64,000 nucleotides of DNA from Antechinus flavipes (taxonomy: Eukaryota), in NCBI RefSeq assembly GCF_016432865.1, contig NC_067401.1, positions 52,080,001-52,144,000 of the forward strand. Direction: 5' to 3'. A program made the position numbers and the translations under genes. The notes beneath the pieces are model-generated. The model did no database searches. It saw only the letters and a list, made by a program, of their open reading frames with translations, and had not been told where the DNA came from. Below are positions 38,821 through 52,298 of this stretch, piece after piece. Positions within the stretch are counted from its first letter, which is position 1. Each line of letters starts with the position of its first letter.

Positions 38821-41800
38821 ACAATGGCAGAGACAGAAACGCACTGTACAAAACTGCAGGAAGATTCAGACTTCATCTGAAAACAACTTTCTAAAACAAA
38901 AGTTCTTGAGTTTCCTGTTGTCTTCTCTTTGAAATTGTAGTGCATATGTTAAAGTGTGTCTATCATTGACAGTACCAAGTCGTGTGCCACTGCTGTACCT
39001 GATGTATCCAATCTGGATTAAATGGCGTTATGTGCCACAAACCCCAAAGTGATGCTGTGTGCTTACTGTCCTCCGGCTCTCCACCTCTACCATAGCCCAT
39101 CAGAGAAGTTATAAGTCCCTTTTGTTCCATTAGAACAATGTGGTTGGAAGAGACCTTAAAGATCATCTAGTCCATCTTCCCTGGAGGGGAGCTTGGATTC
39201 CAGACCCTTTTCTGAGGCAGGATGAGTGCACTTCCTCCTGAGACCTCTTGTTCTGTCATCTGTGAGATGACAAAAGACAAGACAGCCATCTAGCTCCTTT
39301 ATAATCCACTTACTACTTAAACCTTGAACAGGAGCAGTTAAACAAGTGCCCAGGCTCTGTACCAAGCCCTTTTTCAATATTTTCTCACTTGAACTTCACA
39401 AACTGGGAGATGAAAGATGAGGGATTTGGCTTAGATCACCTCTAAAGAGCTTTGAATTCTAATGCACCATCATCCTGATCAGGACTAGCCTCCTACAGAA
39501 TCCCTGAGATAACCATCCAGCTGCTTGCATGAATACTTCTAGTCAGAGTGCTCACCACTTAAAACAGCACATTCTAGCACTGCTATTCTCAAGTTCTTCC
39601 TTATGAGCTAAAAATCTGCTTCTCTGCAACTTCTAGTTGTCCTAATTCTGCCCTCTAGCTACAAATCTGAGCCTTGCTATAAATAAAACAAACCCACTAA
39701 ATCAAGATCCCTTCAATTACAAAAAAAAAAAAGTTCAAAATGAATTATTTGCTAAGGAAATGGTTGGTTATAAAACAGGCAGCTGCCACAATTATCAAAA
39801 AGTTCAAAAAGGAAATCCTCATAAAATTGTCAACATTATACAGCAGCAAGATTTTTGGTCATTGGAAATGGCATAAGACACTTTAGGACAAATATCAGAG
39901 GGGATCAAAAGGCCCAGTAGCTGGACTATGCTATTTACCTTTCACAGCCAGAGAATGACTGCTCTGAATCTTATCACCCACTAGGTGTCACCCTAGCCCC
40001 ATGGCTCTCTATAGATATCAAGAACAGTAATCAATACATTTTTCATTATGGTATGCTTGGATATCAGGTAATGGACCAAAAAACATTCCAAAATTTGGTT
40101 TTCTTAAAAAATACTGATAGGGTCCACAAACTATTTCCCTGTCTACAAAGGTGGAATCTGAAATACAGTACAATCTAAATCGCAACTATACTAGAACTCA
40201 CCTTTTCATATATTTTTTAAAATGAGGGTTTACTAAAGCAAATTGATGGTATAACCAGAACGAAAAATATGTAACCCAATTTAGAAAATAAACTTTTAAA
40301 ACATCAAATTTGCCTACTTAATAAAGCAATCATCTAAAACAAAATCTTTGTTGTCACTATCAACCTAATCTGAGGTATTCTTGGTACAAGAACTTATAAC
40401 CAAAACACTTTTATAAAGAATCCACTGCAGACCTTTTGCCAGTTCAAATTGGTCTCTATCTTCAACGAGTCTCAATTAGTAAACTTACTAATGTGACTCA
40501 TTCCTATCTCCCAGCCCCTATAATCTTTCCTTTTAGTTACAGAATCACACATACTCTGAGATCATCTGGTCCACTGGACTCATTTTACAGTTTTAGAACC
40601 CAAGTTCAGATGGTCAGTCTGGCTAGCATTCTTCTCACCAAGTCACAGCAATTTTTCCTCATCAGTATTTACACCTCATCTTCCATACCCAGAATTTTCT
40701 AAAAATGTCTAGCAACTTTAGAGTCAGATGTCAATCCTGAGCTAAAAACATTTTTTATGAAGAGAATGCCTTACAAGCGAAGCCAATTGGCTGTATTTGC
40801 TGAGGAAGCACAATTTCAAATTTTTTCTCATAAATGTTCATGAAAAAGAAAATGTATTTCATGTTTAGCTTCTTTCCTCAGACTAGTCTCTGGTAATAAA
40901 GATGTGCTCATCTCTGGCTTATTTTCCAATTTAAAAAATAACAAACACGAAGTAACAGACAAACCTAAAGAGAATCCAATTAATTTCAGGACTAATGGGC
41001 AATTTCATTTCTAATTAAGATGCAGTGGCATCCTAATTAAAATTCCCTGGCAATGACAGACTGCTAACTTGGCTGTATTGGGGGGCTGGGGGAGGACAAG
41101 GGAAAAGGGTGGCAAATGGGACATGGCAAGGCAAAGGTAAGGTGCAATGACAGGATCGTTCTTTGCTATGTAATTAAAATCTTTACCACTGTATGGCAGA
41201 CTGGACCTAATTATGGAATTGCTATTTACATAGTTTTAATTAATTCATCCTCACTTGGCAGTACCATATAGAGAGAAAAGTAAAGACTCCCATTGCTCAA
41301 CTTCAGAATAGGAAGCAGACAGCATTAAGTCAAGTTCAGGACCATGGTTGTTGTAGGTGCTTTGACAAGAAATGATGATTACTAGAGGCAGGGGGAGGAG
41401 AGGGGGAGAAAGGTGGTGAAAGGAGGGCTCTGAAGACAACAAAGGAGTAACGGTATTTGTGTTGCCTAGCCCTCCCAATAGCAATGCTTTCTGAAATGAA
41501 AAACCAACCTTGGTCCCCTAAATCTTGGGTCTCTTTTCTTCCAAAGAATCAAGGTTTTCCTTGGAGGGGCCAGCCACACCAGAAAAGAAACACAAATGAA
41601 AGCAAGTTCTAACTTCTAGTGACTTATCTATTGAATAGGCACAATTTTAGAATATAACATTTTGTAACCAGGAAAATAACTTTTTCCTCCCAGAAAAGGT
41701 CCACTGAGAGGAGCATCTAGGACATTGTATAAAGGCAGAAAGGGCAGAATAAAGGCTATCCTCCATGAGCTATTGAAGTGAGAACTGAAAAATTAAAAAT

Positions 41801-42493
41801 TAATTTAGATTGTCTTCTTTCAGCAGAAATGGGAAGATGGCATCTCCCATTCTGCAAAATTACCAGCTTCTTCACTGGGAAGACATTTGAAAAGTTTAAA
41901 GTGAAAACATGGCAGGTGAACATGCCAAAACTTTAGAAACTCATTTTACGTAAATAAATAGTATCTTTCCTGTCTGGGCTTTTACAAAGTTTAAAGAAAC
42001 ATCTTTACTAAAAATCCCTACTTAATTCAATTTAAAAGGGAAGGTGTTCTTGATCCAAAAAAAAAAAAAAAAATAGCTAGTTTTCATGTTATCGCTATGG
42101 AAATTCAATCTGATTAGAACCATTTTTCCCCCTATATGAAGTCATAATATTTACAACTCAGTTGGATGTTTCCTTGGGAGCAGGTGGTGATATTTTAGGA
42201 GTGTTTTAAATAAGGAATGGTATGGTACTATGTTTAGTTTATTTTTAAGGGGGACAGTGAAAAGAATGGTGAGAAAATGATGCACTAAGACTCCGTACCC
42301 AAAGTTCTCTTTTTCAGAGCCTAAATCTGTGAACTTTCCCAAAAGAGAAAGAGGAAATAGTACCTCACCTGATACAAACCAACCTGAAGAATAAAAAGCA
42401 TTTCATAGAACCTCAAGCCTTTTAAAGTTCCTCCAAAATGCCATTACAGTCCACCCTACAGGACAGAGTCCCCCAGAGGTACCACTTGAGGTT

Positions 42494-43659
42494 TCACAGG
42501 TCACCACCCCGCATTAACTCCTGAAGATAGATGGTGTTCATGTGATAGGCTGCCATCCAATCGGAGTGTCTCTTGGCGTTCCAGCTATAGGACTGCGAAG
42601 CCGCCGCATAGTATTCCTGCCAGGCCCAGTAGCAAGATCTCCAGTAATCCTCGTAACTCTGAGGATTGGTGGGGAACACCGGAGGTTGCTCCCCAGCATG
42701 ATCGCACCAGCTCTCTTCCTGAGGCTCCCACTGCAGCTGGTGGGGTGCCCGCTTGGGAACGCTTTTCCTGCTGCGCTTTGAGGTCTGGTTAGATCCATCC
42801 TCCCTCCCAAGGGCCTTCATAGGGATATGAAGAACCTCCTGGCTTTCCTCCACACTCGGGGTTTCACTTCGATTCAAAGGATGATCAGGAGAAGCATGGC
42901 CAGTCATGGAGGCTAGCTCACTCTCTCTCACCTGGTTGTCAGAAGAGCCTTCTAAACATGACTTGTTCCCTTTGCTCTGGGACGATGCTCGTGAGCAGCC
43001 GGAATCGCTATCACTCGCTGAATCTTCTGAGCGGCCACTGCTCACCAATGCCCGGGGGCTCTCTTGAGTGTGTCTCCATTTCAATAAACCATTTTGGGGC
43101 TGCAGTGCCTGCTCTCCAGGACCAGTGTAGTGCCTGATGATCTCTACATGCTTCTCCAGTCCCTCCTTAATGTAATGTTCATAATCCTCCACCAATTCTG
43201 AAAAAGTCTCTATGCAGGGTTGCTGGATCTTAAAGGAAGATAGACAAGGGATCTTGGGGAGTGTCGCAAGTGAAGCTTCTCTGGCCTGGTTCTGAAAGAT
43301 GTTGGAACTTTCAACAGGGGTCTGAATGTAGTTCTCTACTGGATCTTTCAATTGTGTGGTGTAGCCTAGCCCCCTGGAGAGCTCTGCTTTTTCTCTGGTT
43401 CCATACTCTGAATGGCTTCTCCCTGGGTGTTTCTGCTTGGGAACTTTCTTTGATTTGACCATTCCTGTAGGACCTGACGCTGTCTGGGATAGAGCCATAT
43501 GGCTACTCTGAGCTTTCTGTGCCTGTATGATCCGATCTGGTTTCTGAATGGTTTTAGGGGGTTGGATGGGTGCATTAACTGAGCCAACTGTAGACACGGC
43601 AGCTTTGACTTCGACATCCCAATCCAAACATTCTTCCATCAGGCCAGGAGGAATTGGAT
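42494..43659 (-). CDS. DDX20: DDX20 exon 11, 1166 nt to TGA (long C-terminal tail)
   Basis: tgtag|ATCCAATT. Translates DPIPPGLMEECLDWDVEVKAAV...LPKIPCLSSFK...YEHYIKEGLEK...WMAAYHMNTIYLQELMRGGDL*. The 11 exons sum to 2475 nt = 824 aa plus stop with consistent phases. Confidence 0.97.
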
Positions 43660-44054
43660 CTACATGACAGAAAAAGGAAAGCATTAATATTTTTCTAATA
43701 CTCCTATCCTTGCATAATATTACACTATGGGCTTCAGGGGTTTTAAGAACACTTTTCTTATGAACTGCTCTTGGAGTAGAGCAGACAATCTCCTTCCTCA
43801 GCAGAAGTATTTCCATCTGGTGGAAGGATCAAAAGTTTCTGAAAGGGTGTTGAGAATTTTTTCCCAGAAACAGGACTTGTACTCCCCACAACTGCTGACC
43901 TACTGAGAATTCAATTAAATTCAACAAGCATCTACAATATGCAAAACATTATTTTGGGGATATAGAGAATGATATATTCCTGTTTCCAATTTTAAAACCT
44001 AATTGCAGAGAAGAGGGAAGGATGGGCAAGTGCAAAAGATCTACCAGGAAGAGG

Positions 44055-44400
44055 GAATGTTAAACTATGTGTGCCTTTGACCCAGTAATATCACTACTAA
44101 GGTATATACCTCAAAGCAGTCCAAGAAAGAGGGGGAAAAATCCTTGTATGCAAAAAGTATTTACAGTAGTTCTTTCTGTAGTATCAAAAAATTGAAAACT
44201 GTTGGAGTGCCCTTTAACCAGAGAATGCTGAACAAGTTGTATGTATATACATGTACATGAGAGAAAACCACTATTCTGCGAAAAATAATGAAGAAGATGG
44301 TTTTAAAGAAACCTGGGAAAACTTGAATGAAATGATGCAGAATGAAGTAGAATGAAGAAGAATTTACACAGTAACAGCAATACTGCAAAGACAAACCAGT
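44055..44400 (+). mobile_element. Old L1 ORF2 3' fragment in DDX20 intron 10, antisense to the gene
   Basis: aaactatgtgtgcctttgacccag reads KLCVPFDP, similar to KLCIPFDP in the young L1 at 25.5-26 kb. Confidence 0.6.
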
Positions 44401-46490
44401 TTGGGGATGAAAAAAAAAATGTAATTTGAAAGTAAAATAAGATTTGATTCAGAAGAGGGAATGATCAATGCATAGGAGAAGTACTATGAATAAAATGAAC
44501 TAGGTCTTAAAAGAAGGGAAGATGTCCACAGATGAATAGAAGGAAAGGGGATGCAAGAAGAGAGTACCATTCCAGATTCAGAAAGATAGTTTGAGCAAAG
44601 GCAAGGAGACAGAAAAGGAAGAGATTATTAGATAATAAGATTAGAAAATTGAAAGCAGTTCAAGATGACTAGAATGCTGACTATGTAAAGAAGAAAGGAA
44701 CAGAAATGGGATTAGAGCTGGATTATGCTGGGCCTGGAACACCAGGATCAACAGTTAATACTTTAACCAAAGGGAATAAGAAGGCCCTCCAAAAACTACT
44801 CTGAATCCCCTAAAGATGACATTATTATTCTAACAGGTAAGAAAGGCTTCATTTAAGTTCAGCTTAAACACTGGAAGTGCCACAAAAAAAAAAAAAGCAT
44901 AAAAACCATGTTACAAAAAATGTGAACAGGGAATTGCAGCCCCACTGTTTAGATAGTCCAGGGGTCTCTCCTCCTACAAAGAAACATGCTAACAGTCAAT
45001 TCTGCTTTTCCACATTAAAAATAACGAAGCCCTTACACTGAGTCCTTGGCTCAGCTACATCCTCACTGCTGATGCCCCCACGTACTTTCAGGGGACTCCT
45101 TTACATTTTGAACCCTTGTATCTAAACACCATAACCTAAGTTCGTGACACTCCCCGTGTACCTCTTTTGCCTGCCAAACTCCTCTACCCACACCATCTCT
45201 GGTCCTTTTGTCCCTTGTCTTCTAACTTGAATTTTTCTTGATTTCTCTCTTGGCTGACACTTTCTTAGACTGTGGATTTCTTCCCCCCAATAGCTCCAGT
45301 ACCTACCTGCTTCTCCCTGCCTAAGGTGATTTCCTCAAACTTGATCAATGATTCTCCCAACTTAAAAGTCCTTGCCAACTCCAAACCTTGTCTACCCCAG
45401 GCTGCCAGGCTTCTCCCAGCTATTCTATTGACACCTAAATCTCATAGAAATAACACATCCACAAAGACTTCTCCATATCCTCAAAGATCTACTCTGGTTA
45501 TTACATGCTGAAAGATTCCAATTTGACACCTTCAAGCTCTTTATCATGCTATTCCCTTCAGCCAGCCCTTAAAAAAATGAATATTTATTCTAACACAATT
45601 TCCACAAAAGGGGGCTATGCTAGCCACTTCTCTGGAAGTAACATACAAATATGAAAAGTTAGTATTTTTAAAGCCCTCTACATACACACTAATCAAAGTA
45701 GATTATACAACATACAATGAACTTCCCAAGGAAGACCATGTTGTCATTTTGCCTCTGGAACCAAAATTGAAGACTTGACCAACTATATAATGTTAATTGA
45801 TAACAATTGCTTGTCTTCTCAAAGAGAAAAGTGGGGAGGGAGAGAGAAGGAGGAATGGGAGAAGGAGAGAATTACACTTGTTTTGTTTGATAATTGTTTT
45901 TTAAAAATTATTACATATAACTGGGGAATAAATATTTAATGAAATACATAAAATGTATTTTTAAAAACTATATACTATTAAGTGAAAATGACATGTAACT
46001 GGGTAATTAATATTTAATGAAATAGATATATTTATAAAACTATATACTGTTAAGTGTGGAGTTAAGATTTTTTTTTAAAGAAATAAATTTTTCCAGATAT
46101 ATTAATCCTGATTAATATATTAAGCCCTACATCCTAAATATTTAGTTGATTAAAAAATAAAGTTTTAAAGTTATCTTTCATTCATTCACCTGTGAAATTC
46201 AACACATTAAATATGATCTTTCATGAGAGACAACTTTCCTCTAAAACTTCTAAAATACTGTTTCTTCTAGTATTTTCGCATTCTACATTAGTTATTTGTA
46301 TGAATATTTTCTCTTTCCTATTACATCTCAGGCTTCATGAAGACAAGGGTCATATCTTTTAACAGCCCTCTAAGTATACAAACAAAAAGTTATTATTCAC
46401 CCCCATAAATTAAAGCAGAACTAATATAGTAATCTTATATATCTTGTAGTGGGTAGATCTTCAACAAATTTCTGATAACACAAACTATAC

Positions 46491-46592
46491 CTGGCAAACA
46501 GAGGAGGTTAAGATTACATTTCTGGGCAATTGTCATCATCATATTTTCTTCCTCTCCCCGGCAACAATAGGTTACAGCTAGCCCCAAAGTAC
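46491..46592 (-). CDS. DDX20: DDX20 exon 10, 102 nt
   Basis: tttag|GTACTTTG...CCAG|gtatag. Translates [34 protein letters not shown]. Confidence 0.95.
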
Positions 46593-46721
46593 CTAAAACA
46601 GAAAGGTGTAAAATTACACACGTATCTAGATATGAATGATACCTGCAATTCCAACTATCTCATATGGACCCTTTCCTCAAATAAAGTAAACCATATTTTT
46701 TTGTTTTGTTTTGTCTTTTAC

Positions 46722-46827
46722 CAAAACGTCCAGCTCTGCCAATCCGATGCATGTACGTTTCCCAGTCCAATGGCACATCCAAATTTACAACCAGATTCAC
46801 CTTCTCAGCATCAATCCCACGTGAAGT
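46722..46827 (-). CDS. DDX20: DDX20 exon 9, 106 nt (motifs V and [11 protein letters not shown])
   Basis: ttgag|ACTTCACG...TTTTG|gtaaaa. Translates [35 protein letters not shown]. Confidence 0.95.
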
Positions 46828-47326
46828 CTCAAAATGAATAAGATAGCAGTTGTTTACTAAATAATGTTCCCTCGTATTATTTCAAAATGTACATTGTAAT
46901 TTCCACCCAAAAAAAAAAAATCTATACTACTTTGGCACAACCACAGATGAAGAGCCAAATTAAGGACAGAAGTGTATTTGGAAGGATGGATGAAGATAAA
47001 TGTGTTTTCTAAAAACTTCATGTGATGTAGAAAAAGTACCTGACTTGTATTTAAGTTCCAACTCCTACACTTAACTATATAACTTTGGGAGTCTTTTGAA
47101 ACTCATATATACGCTATCATTATGTGAACTATTATTGCTTTAGCTTTAAGAAAGAGACAAATACCAAAGCCATTTTAAGAAACCCATTCCACAGAGCTGG
47201 AAGGAGGCTAGGCTTTCTTCTGGTATCTTCTCAATACACGCACATAAAATATACTAAATCTGTACATTTGAGAACTAGAACATGTGTCAAGATGTATTAG
47301 TCATCCAGAGTGAACAGGAAGCTTAC

Positions 47327-47409
47327 CAAATCTGTTGAAATAAGGACTCTGCAATGGAACTGCTTCAGTTTGGCCATAGCATCAAGACGTTGATTTTGAT
47401 TCATACTAC
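47327..47409 (-). CDS. DDX20: DDX20 exon 8, 83 nt
   Basis: ttcag|GTAGTATG...GATTTG|gtaagc. Translates [28 protein letters not shown]. Confidence 0.95.
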
Positions 47410-48991
47410 CTGAAGAGATCCAGGAACATCAAATGTTTTATAAACTCTTTAAAAGCGCTGGTACTGCTGCATTTTGCTATCATTCAAAAATACATCAGAA
47501 ATAGCAACTCCGACAATTTTAAATAATCTATTTTGAAACTTCACTATCTATGATTTCATTAATATAGCTAAGTCCTCCAACTGTTGAAAATTCTGGTCCC
47601 TTCAAATTTTTGCACATTTTTGATAAACTGATAGAACTTATCTGATGATAAGGCTCTCCCAAATTGAGCTAAGCTGGTCTCTAGAGATCAGTAAATGGGT
47701 CCATATTGAATCTTATTTGGAAGGACCTGCCAATGCTTGTGTTGCCACTAGCATAGCTTTCAAGAACCCACAATGAGGCATGAGAAAGATTCCAGTTTTT
47801 CTTCAAATTTCTTCCACACTTAAAATGAAAATAGCTAGAGGCTTTAGAGGTTTACAAAGCATTTTACTAGAATTATCTAATCTCCACTTTACAGATGAGG
47901 AAACTAAGGCTAAGAAACGTTAAGTAACACACACAGCTGGTTAAAGTGCCTGAAGCCAGACTTCAGATTCCAGCTCTACCAACTATCTAGCTGCCACGTG
48001 ATATGACACTGAAATAAGTTTCTCTGAATATGATTCTTAAGGAGCTACAAGAGGAATAAGCCTCTTAGAACATGGCTTTAAAATAATAGAAATCTTTTAA
48101 GTCCTCACAATTCACACTCGCAATACTCTCTACTTACTGATATTTTCAACAAAAATGTACATATTACATAATAAATGTTCCAACAACGATGATGAAACAC
48201 ATTGGAGAGAGGCTCTCAAATAGCTGGGCTTAAGGCTCCATTTTCCACCATGTATGAGCTGTATGAAGTCACCACATCTTTGAGCTTGTTTTCTCTATAA
48301 AGCAGGGACGACACTGAACTACTACCTAACTTCTCCCCCCCCTCCCAAAGGGTCTTATAAGATAAAATGAGACTAATGTATGTAAATCACTTTGTTGCCA
48401 CATAAGGCATCATAACCGCAAATACGAGCGCCTATCCTGATTCCAATGAAGCTTTAACACAACATTATACTTTGTACATTTTGGAAGATTTTTCTGACTC
48501 AAATTTAAAATGTTTTTCTATCAGAAAACATTTTGTCCGCAACAGCTATTAGGTAAAACTATGGCTGAGTCACATAAAAGAAAATCTCAGTTAACTTATT
48601 TGCTATCTGAAAAAAAAATAGCACAAATAATTCATTCCTACTAGTCCAAAAGAGATAATTTTAACTACATGAAAGGAAATGGCAAATTCTTTTATCTCCC
48701 ATAAAATAATAACCCACTCTATTCTGTGGACATCACAAACACAAATCCCACAAAGATAATATTCTAACTGAAACAATATTTTGGGCTACTTTGAAATTAC
48801 AGAAAAATTGGGGGAAATCCCTTTTTTTAAAAAGGATCACAGTAAAATTTAAATAGCAATTCTTTATTCAGAAGTTACTCATTGGCTGTCTCAAAATCCC
48901 AAGACTACATCTGACATACCATTTCTTCCTTCTTCCTTTGGGAACTTCATTCCAAGGTGGTATTACAAAGGTTAAAAGAAGAACCATTTAC

Positions 48992-49050
48992 CTGAAATGC
49001 ACTCAGCAGGAAAGCCCTTGGATGACAAGATATCAGCCAAATGCTGGGCT
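48992..49050 (-). CDS. DDX20: DDX20 exon 7, 59 nt
   Basis: cctag|AGCCCAG...TTCAG|gtaaat. Translates [19 protein letters not shown]. Confidence 0.94.
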
Positions 49051-49167
49051 CTAGGGAAAAACAATATAGATAACTCAAATCTTATGATTATAGAATCCAA
49101 AAAAACTTTCAGATTCCCAGGAATATCCTTCTCATTAACCTGGCATCCCAATATTAAATTATATTAC

Positions 49168-49306
49168 CTGCTATGTAAATTAGAGAAGACCAAAGCTTGA
49201 TTAAATGGAATTCTACTGAATAATTCTTGCAAGTGTTGAGTCTTTTCTTCAAAAATCTTATGAGGCAAAGGATGTGAATTCACCACTTTGTAATACTGCT
49301 TCAACC
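49168..49306 (-). CDS. DDX20: DDX20 exon 6, 139 nt
   Basis: catag|GGTTGAAG...AGCAG|gtaata. Translates [47 protein letters not shown]. Confidence 0.96.
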
Positions 49307-49487
49307 CTATGCAAAAAAAAAAATTAAGAATCATCAGGATAGAACGAACAGGCATCATGCCATATGTCAAGAATTATTACAAGGGCTATAACAGATGTAT
49401 GCTAACAACTGCCAATGGGGGGAAAACTATCAGAATATCATCAACTTAATAATACGCCAATGGACATTATCTAAAACCTAGACATAC

Positions 49488-49630
49488 CAATAAGACTTGG
49501 GTCACTGGAATTCAGCCTTACAAATGTGGGGTCTCTCATGTACCTCGTCAAAGCACTGGCCAAGAATTCAGGATAGGTAGCTGATACTGCCAGCATCTGT
49601 TTGTTGGCAGGCAGAGAGGAATAAATCCAA
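49488..49630 (-). CDS. DDX20: DDX20 exon 5, 143 nt (motif III, SAT)
   Basis: ttcag|TTGGATT...ATTG|gtatgt. Translates [47 protein letters not shown]. Confidence 0.96.
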
Positions 49631-49752
49631 CTGAAGAATAACAAAAGAAAAATGAACAGTCTGGAGATATTTAACAAAAGCATCCCATGGAAAAGAAAGT
49701 GAAAGATATTTATACATATTGTTTTAGTGGTAAATCCAGTTGTTTTTCTTAC

Positions 49753-49867
49753 TTTATTTGTTCCTGGAAGCTTCCTTCTTCTAGTAGTTTATCTGCCTCA
49801 TCAAGAATAAAAAGACGGATACTGGCTGTGTTCAAGTAGTCAAGTTCTATTAATTGTTTAATTCTGC
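49753..49867 (-). CDS. DDX20: DDX20 exon 4, 115 nt (DEAD box)
   Basis: catag|GCAGAATT...ATAAA|gtaaga. Translates [39 protein letters not shown]. Confidence 0.95.
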
Positions 49868-51065
49868 CTATGTTTCAGAAAAAAAAAAAAAAACACTAAA
49901 TAATAGTGAAGAACCAACTATGTATAAAACATTTAAGCATTATGCACACGTGTTATGTACATGTACACACACACAAAATATTCCCCTAATTTCCTTCCCC
50001 AGCTTTTATTCAAAATCTTGTATGTAGTCAGTCAATAAGTCAAAATGGAAATGAGGCTATGAATTTTAATTAACTCATTTTAAATAGTACTTATAGTGCC
50101 TATTCAACATCTAATAAACATCTATCTACTGCATGCAATATACCTTCTCATGTTGTGAAAAAGGCATATGGCTAGAGGCTGGATTTCAGAGTTTAAGGAC
50201 TTAGATTCATATCCTGCCTCTAAGATAGACTGGCAGTGTGACCTTGGCAGGTCACTTAGCTTCTTTAGATTATGAGCTGCAGGGCCACTGCCAGGCTGCA
50301 ATGGTCAAAGGACCTCCATCTCCCAGAATTCTGTGTTAAGGAAATCACATATACAGTTTTCTCCTGCCTGTCCCACCCTGCCCTCCCCAAACAAGTACCA
50401 CAACACTATAAGGGATGGGGACAAAGGAAAAAAAAATCTGCCTTCAGGAAACTTCAACTAGGTCTGGGATGTCAACATAAAATTAGACATATTCCCTCCT
50501 AGGAATTCCCATTTCATCAATATTTTAGAAGGATAAACTACCAACTCCTGGCTGCCTTGCAAATTAAGATTATCTACATCACAGAGATTAAAAATTAACA
50601 GTTGTAAACTGGAAGGCCTGCCAGAAAGTAGCTAATCTTTCACACTGTCTGTGGAACCGTTTTACCTCAGATAACATTTATCATTTATTCTCAGAATCTC
50701 AATTTAAGAGGACTGTTTAATTCTCAGAATCACAGATTTAGATTATGGACCTCAGGGTCATCTGGTCCATTCTCCTCCTTTTACAGATAAAGTCAGAAAA
50801 AGTTATATGACTCATCATCCAATATTGCACAGGCAGTAAATTGCAAAGCCAGGATTAGAATCCAGGTTCTCCTAACTCCAAAATCTGCCAGTGTTCCCAA
50901 TGTACTGTTTTCTTATTTGCTTAGTGCCTGTCCCTGCTTTAATGCTGCTGGCACTGACTATTAAAAGGACAACCTTTCCCCATTTTGGAATATCCCATGT
51001 TCATGCTGAGGAAAAGTAGTTCATTCAGTCTCTAAAAGTCACAGTCGGCAATGGCACAAACTTAC

Positions 51066-51234
51066 CAGGAGACCCAACAGCAATATGGCATTTTTTAAGT
51101 CTGGTCTTGTCTTGAGATAAAGGCGTCCCTCCAATAAATACATGGCATTCTAAACCTTCCATCTTGATGCCAATGGCTGTGATAACAGAATGGATCTGCA
51201 CAGCAATCTCTCTTGTAGGAGCTAAGATCAAGAT
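51066..51234 (-). CDS. DDX20: DDX20 exon 3, 169 nt (motif Ia, PTREIA)
   Basis: ctccag|ATCTTG...CCTG|gtaagt. Translates [56 protein letters not shown]. Confidence 0.96.
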
Positions 51235-51550
51235 CTGGAGGGTGGGGGAAAGAGAGGAGAAGAAATCAATTCTCTTTTCAGAATAATTTTTATGGGAGGG
51301 AGAAAAAAGCCCCGCATGGCTCCAAGCGCCCCGGTCCCCACCACCTGTCCCATCCCAGATGGCAGCACTATTTCCCCAAGATGGCAGTCTAGGAGGGATA
51401 TCAGCAAGTCAAACCAAGTGAGGTGAGACCCGCCTTTAAGGGGTCTGATTCGGGGTATGGGGAGGTGGGGGGTGGGGAAGAGGAGGGCATGGCAAGGCCT
51501 CGGGCAAGGGCTGCCACTCCCATAGGCAGGACTCTCTGGCTGAAGCTCAC

Positions 51551-51645
51551 CTGTGTGGCCAGGTTTTCGAGGATCAGCGAATCTAGAGCCACGGTGGAGA
51601 ATACGCAGGTTTTCCCAGTGCCAGACTTGGCCTGAACGATTAAAT
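51551..51645 (-). CDS. DDX20: DDX20 exon 2, 95 nt (motif I, AKSGTGKT)
   Basis: ctcag|ATTTAATC...CAG|gtgagc. Translates [32 protein letters not shown]. Confidence 0.96.
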
Positions 51646-51968
51646 CTGAGAGGAAGGAAAGCCAGGCTGCCAGTTACTGTCAGGTACACCGGGCGGTCTG
51701 AACGCACGCACCCCCCTTCCGTTTGACTGCAAGCTCCCTGAAGGCAGGAGCTCTGCTGCCTTCCGGGGTTCTCCCGGCTAATGACTATGTTATTGATTTA
51801 TAAGATTATGGGGTTCAAACAAGAGCTCCCCCATGCCAAAAAGTTAGGTCATCATTCAGAAAGCCACGTGCACCGGGCAGACAAGGGCCCTGACCCTGAG
51901 AAGACGGATTGGGGGGTGGAGGGGATCCCCCTGTATTTGGATTCAACGGTGCGGGCCCCGGGCCTTAC

Positions 51969-52266
51969 CCAGGCCGCAGCGGCCCAATGGAATGGCTTTG
52001 AGCTGCACCGGCGAGGGCCGCTCGAAGCCTGCCGCCCGCAGCCCCTCCAGCACCGGCCGCGATAGCAGCAACGACCCGAAGTCCGCCGGTTCGGCCAGCA
52101 GCACGTCCCCGGTACGCGCCCGCGGGCCTCCCACATCGTGAGCCGTACGCAGGCTCCGGCCTTGCCCGGGTTCCCCCGGATCCAAAGGGTCGGGCCCTGG
52201 GGCTAGCCCCGCCACCATCACGCCGCCACGAGTATTAGCCGTCGCTGCAGCAGCCGCCGCAGCCAT
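51969..52266 (-). CDS. DDX20: DDX20 (Gemin3/DP103) exon 1, 298 nt coding
   Basis: ATG at 52266 (GGCGGCATGG context). Translates [15 protein letters not shown]...[49 protein letters not shown] (Q motif); donor G|gtaagg. Confidence 0.95.
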
Positions 52267-52288
52267 GCCGCCCACAACCGTCGCCGGA

Positions 52289-52298
52289 TCTCGCGAGA
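52289..52298. promoter_or_regulatory. TCTCGCGAGA palindrome (CGCG element, BANP motif)
   Basis: Exact 10-bp match, 23 nt upstream of the DDX20 ATG and next to a perfect GC box. Confidence 0.75.

Noticed and set aside
42538-43617. Antisense and alternative-frame ORFs overlapping DDX20 exon 11
   Set aside because: Short shadow ORFs of a real coding exon, with no homology recognised.
43660-43816. N-terminal extension of the 440-aa ORF
   Set aside because: This is DDX20 intron 10 sequence that happens to be open; the real acceptor is at 43659.
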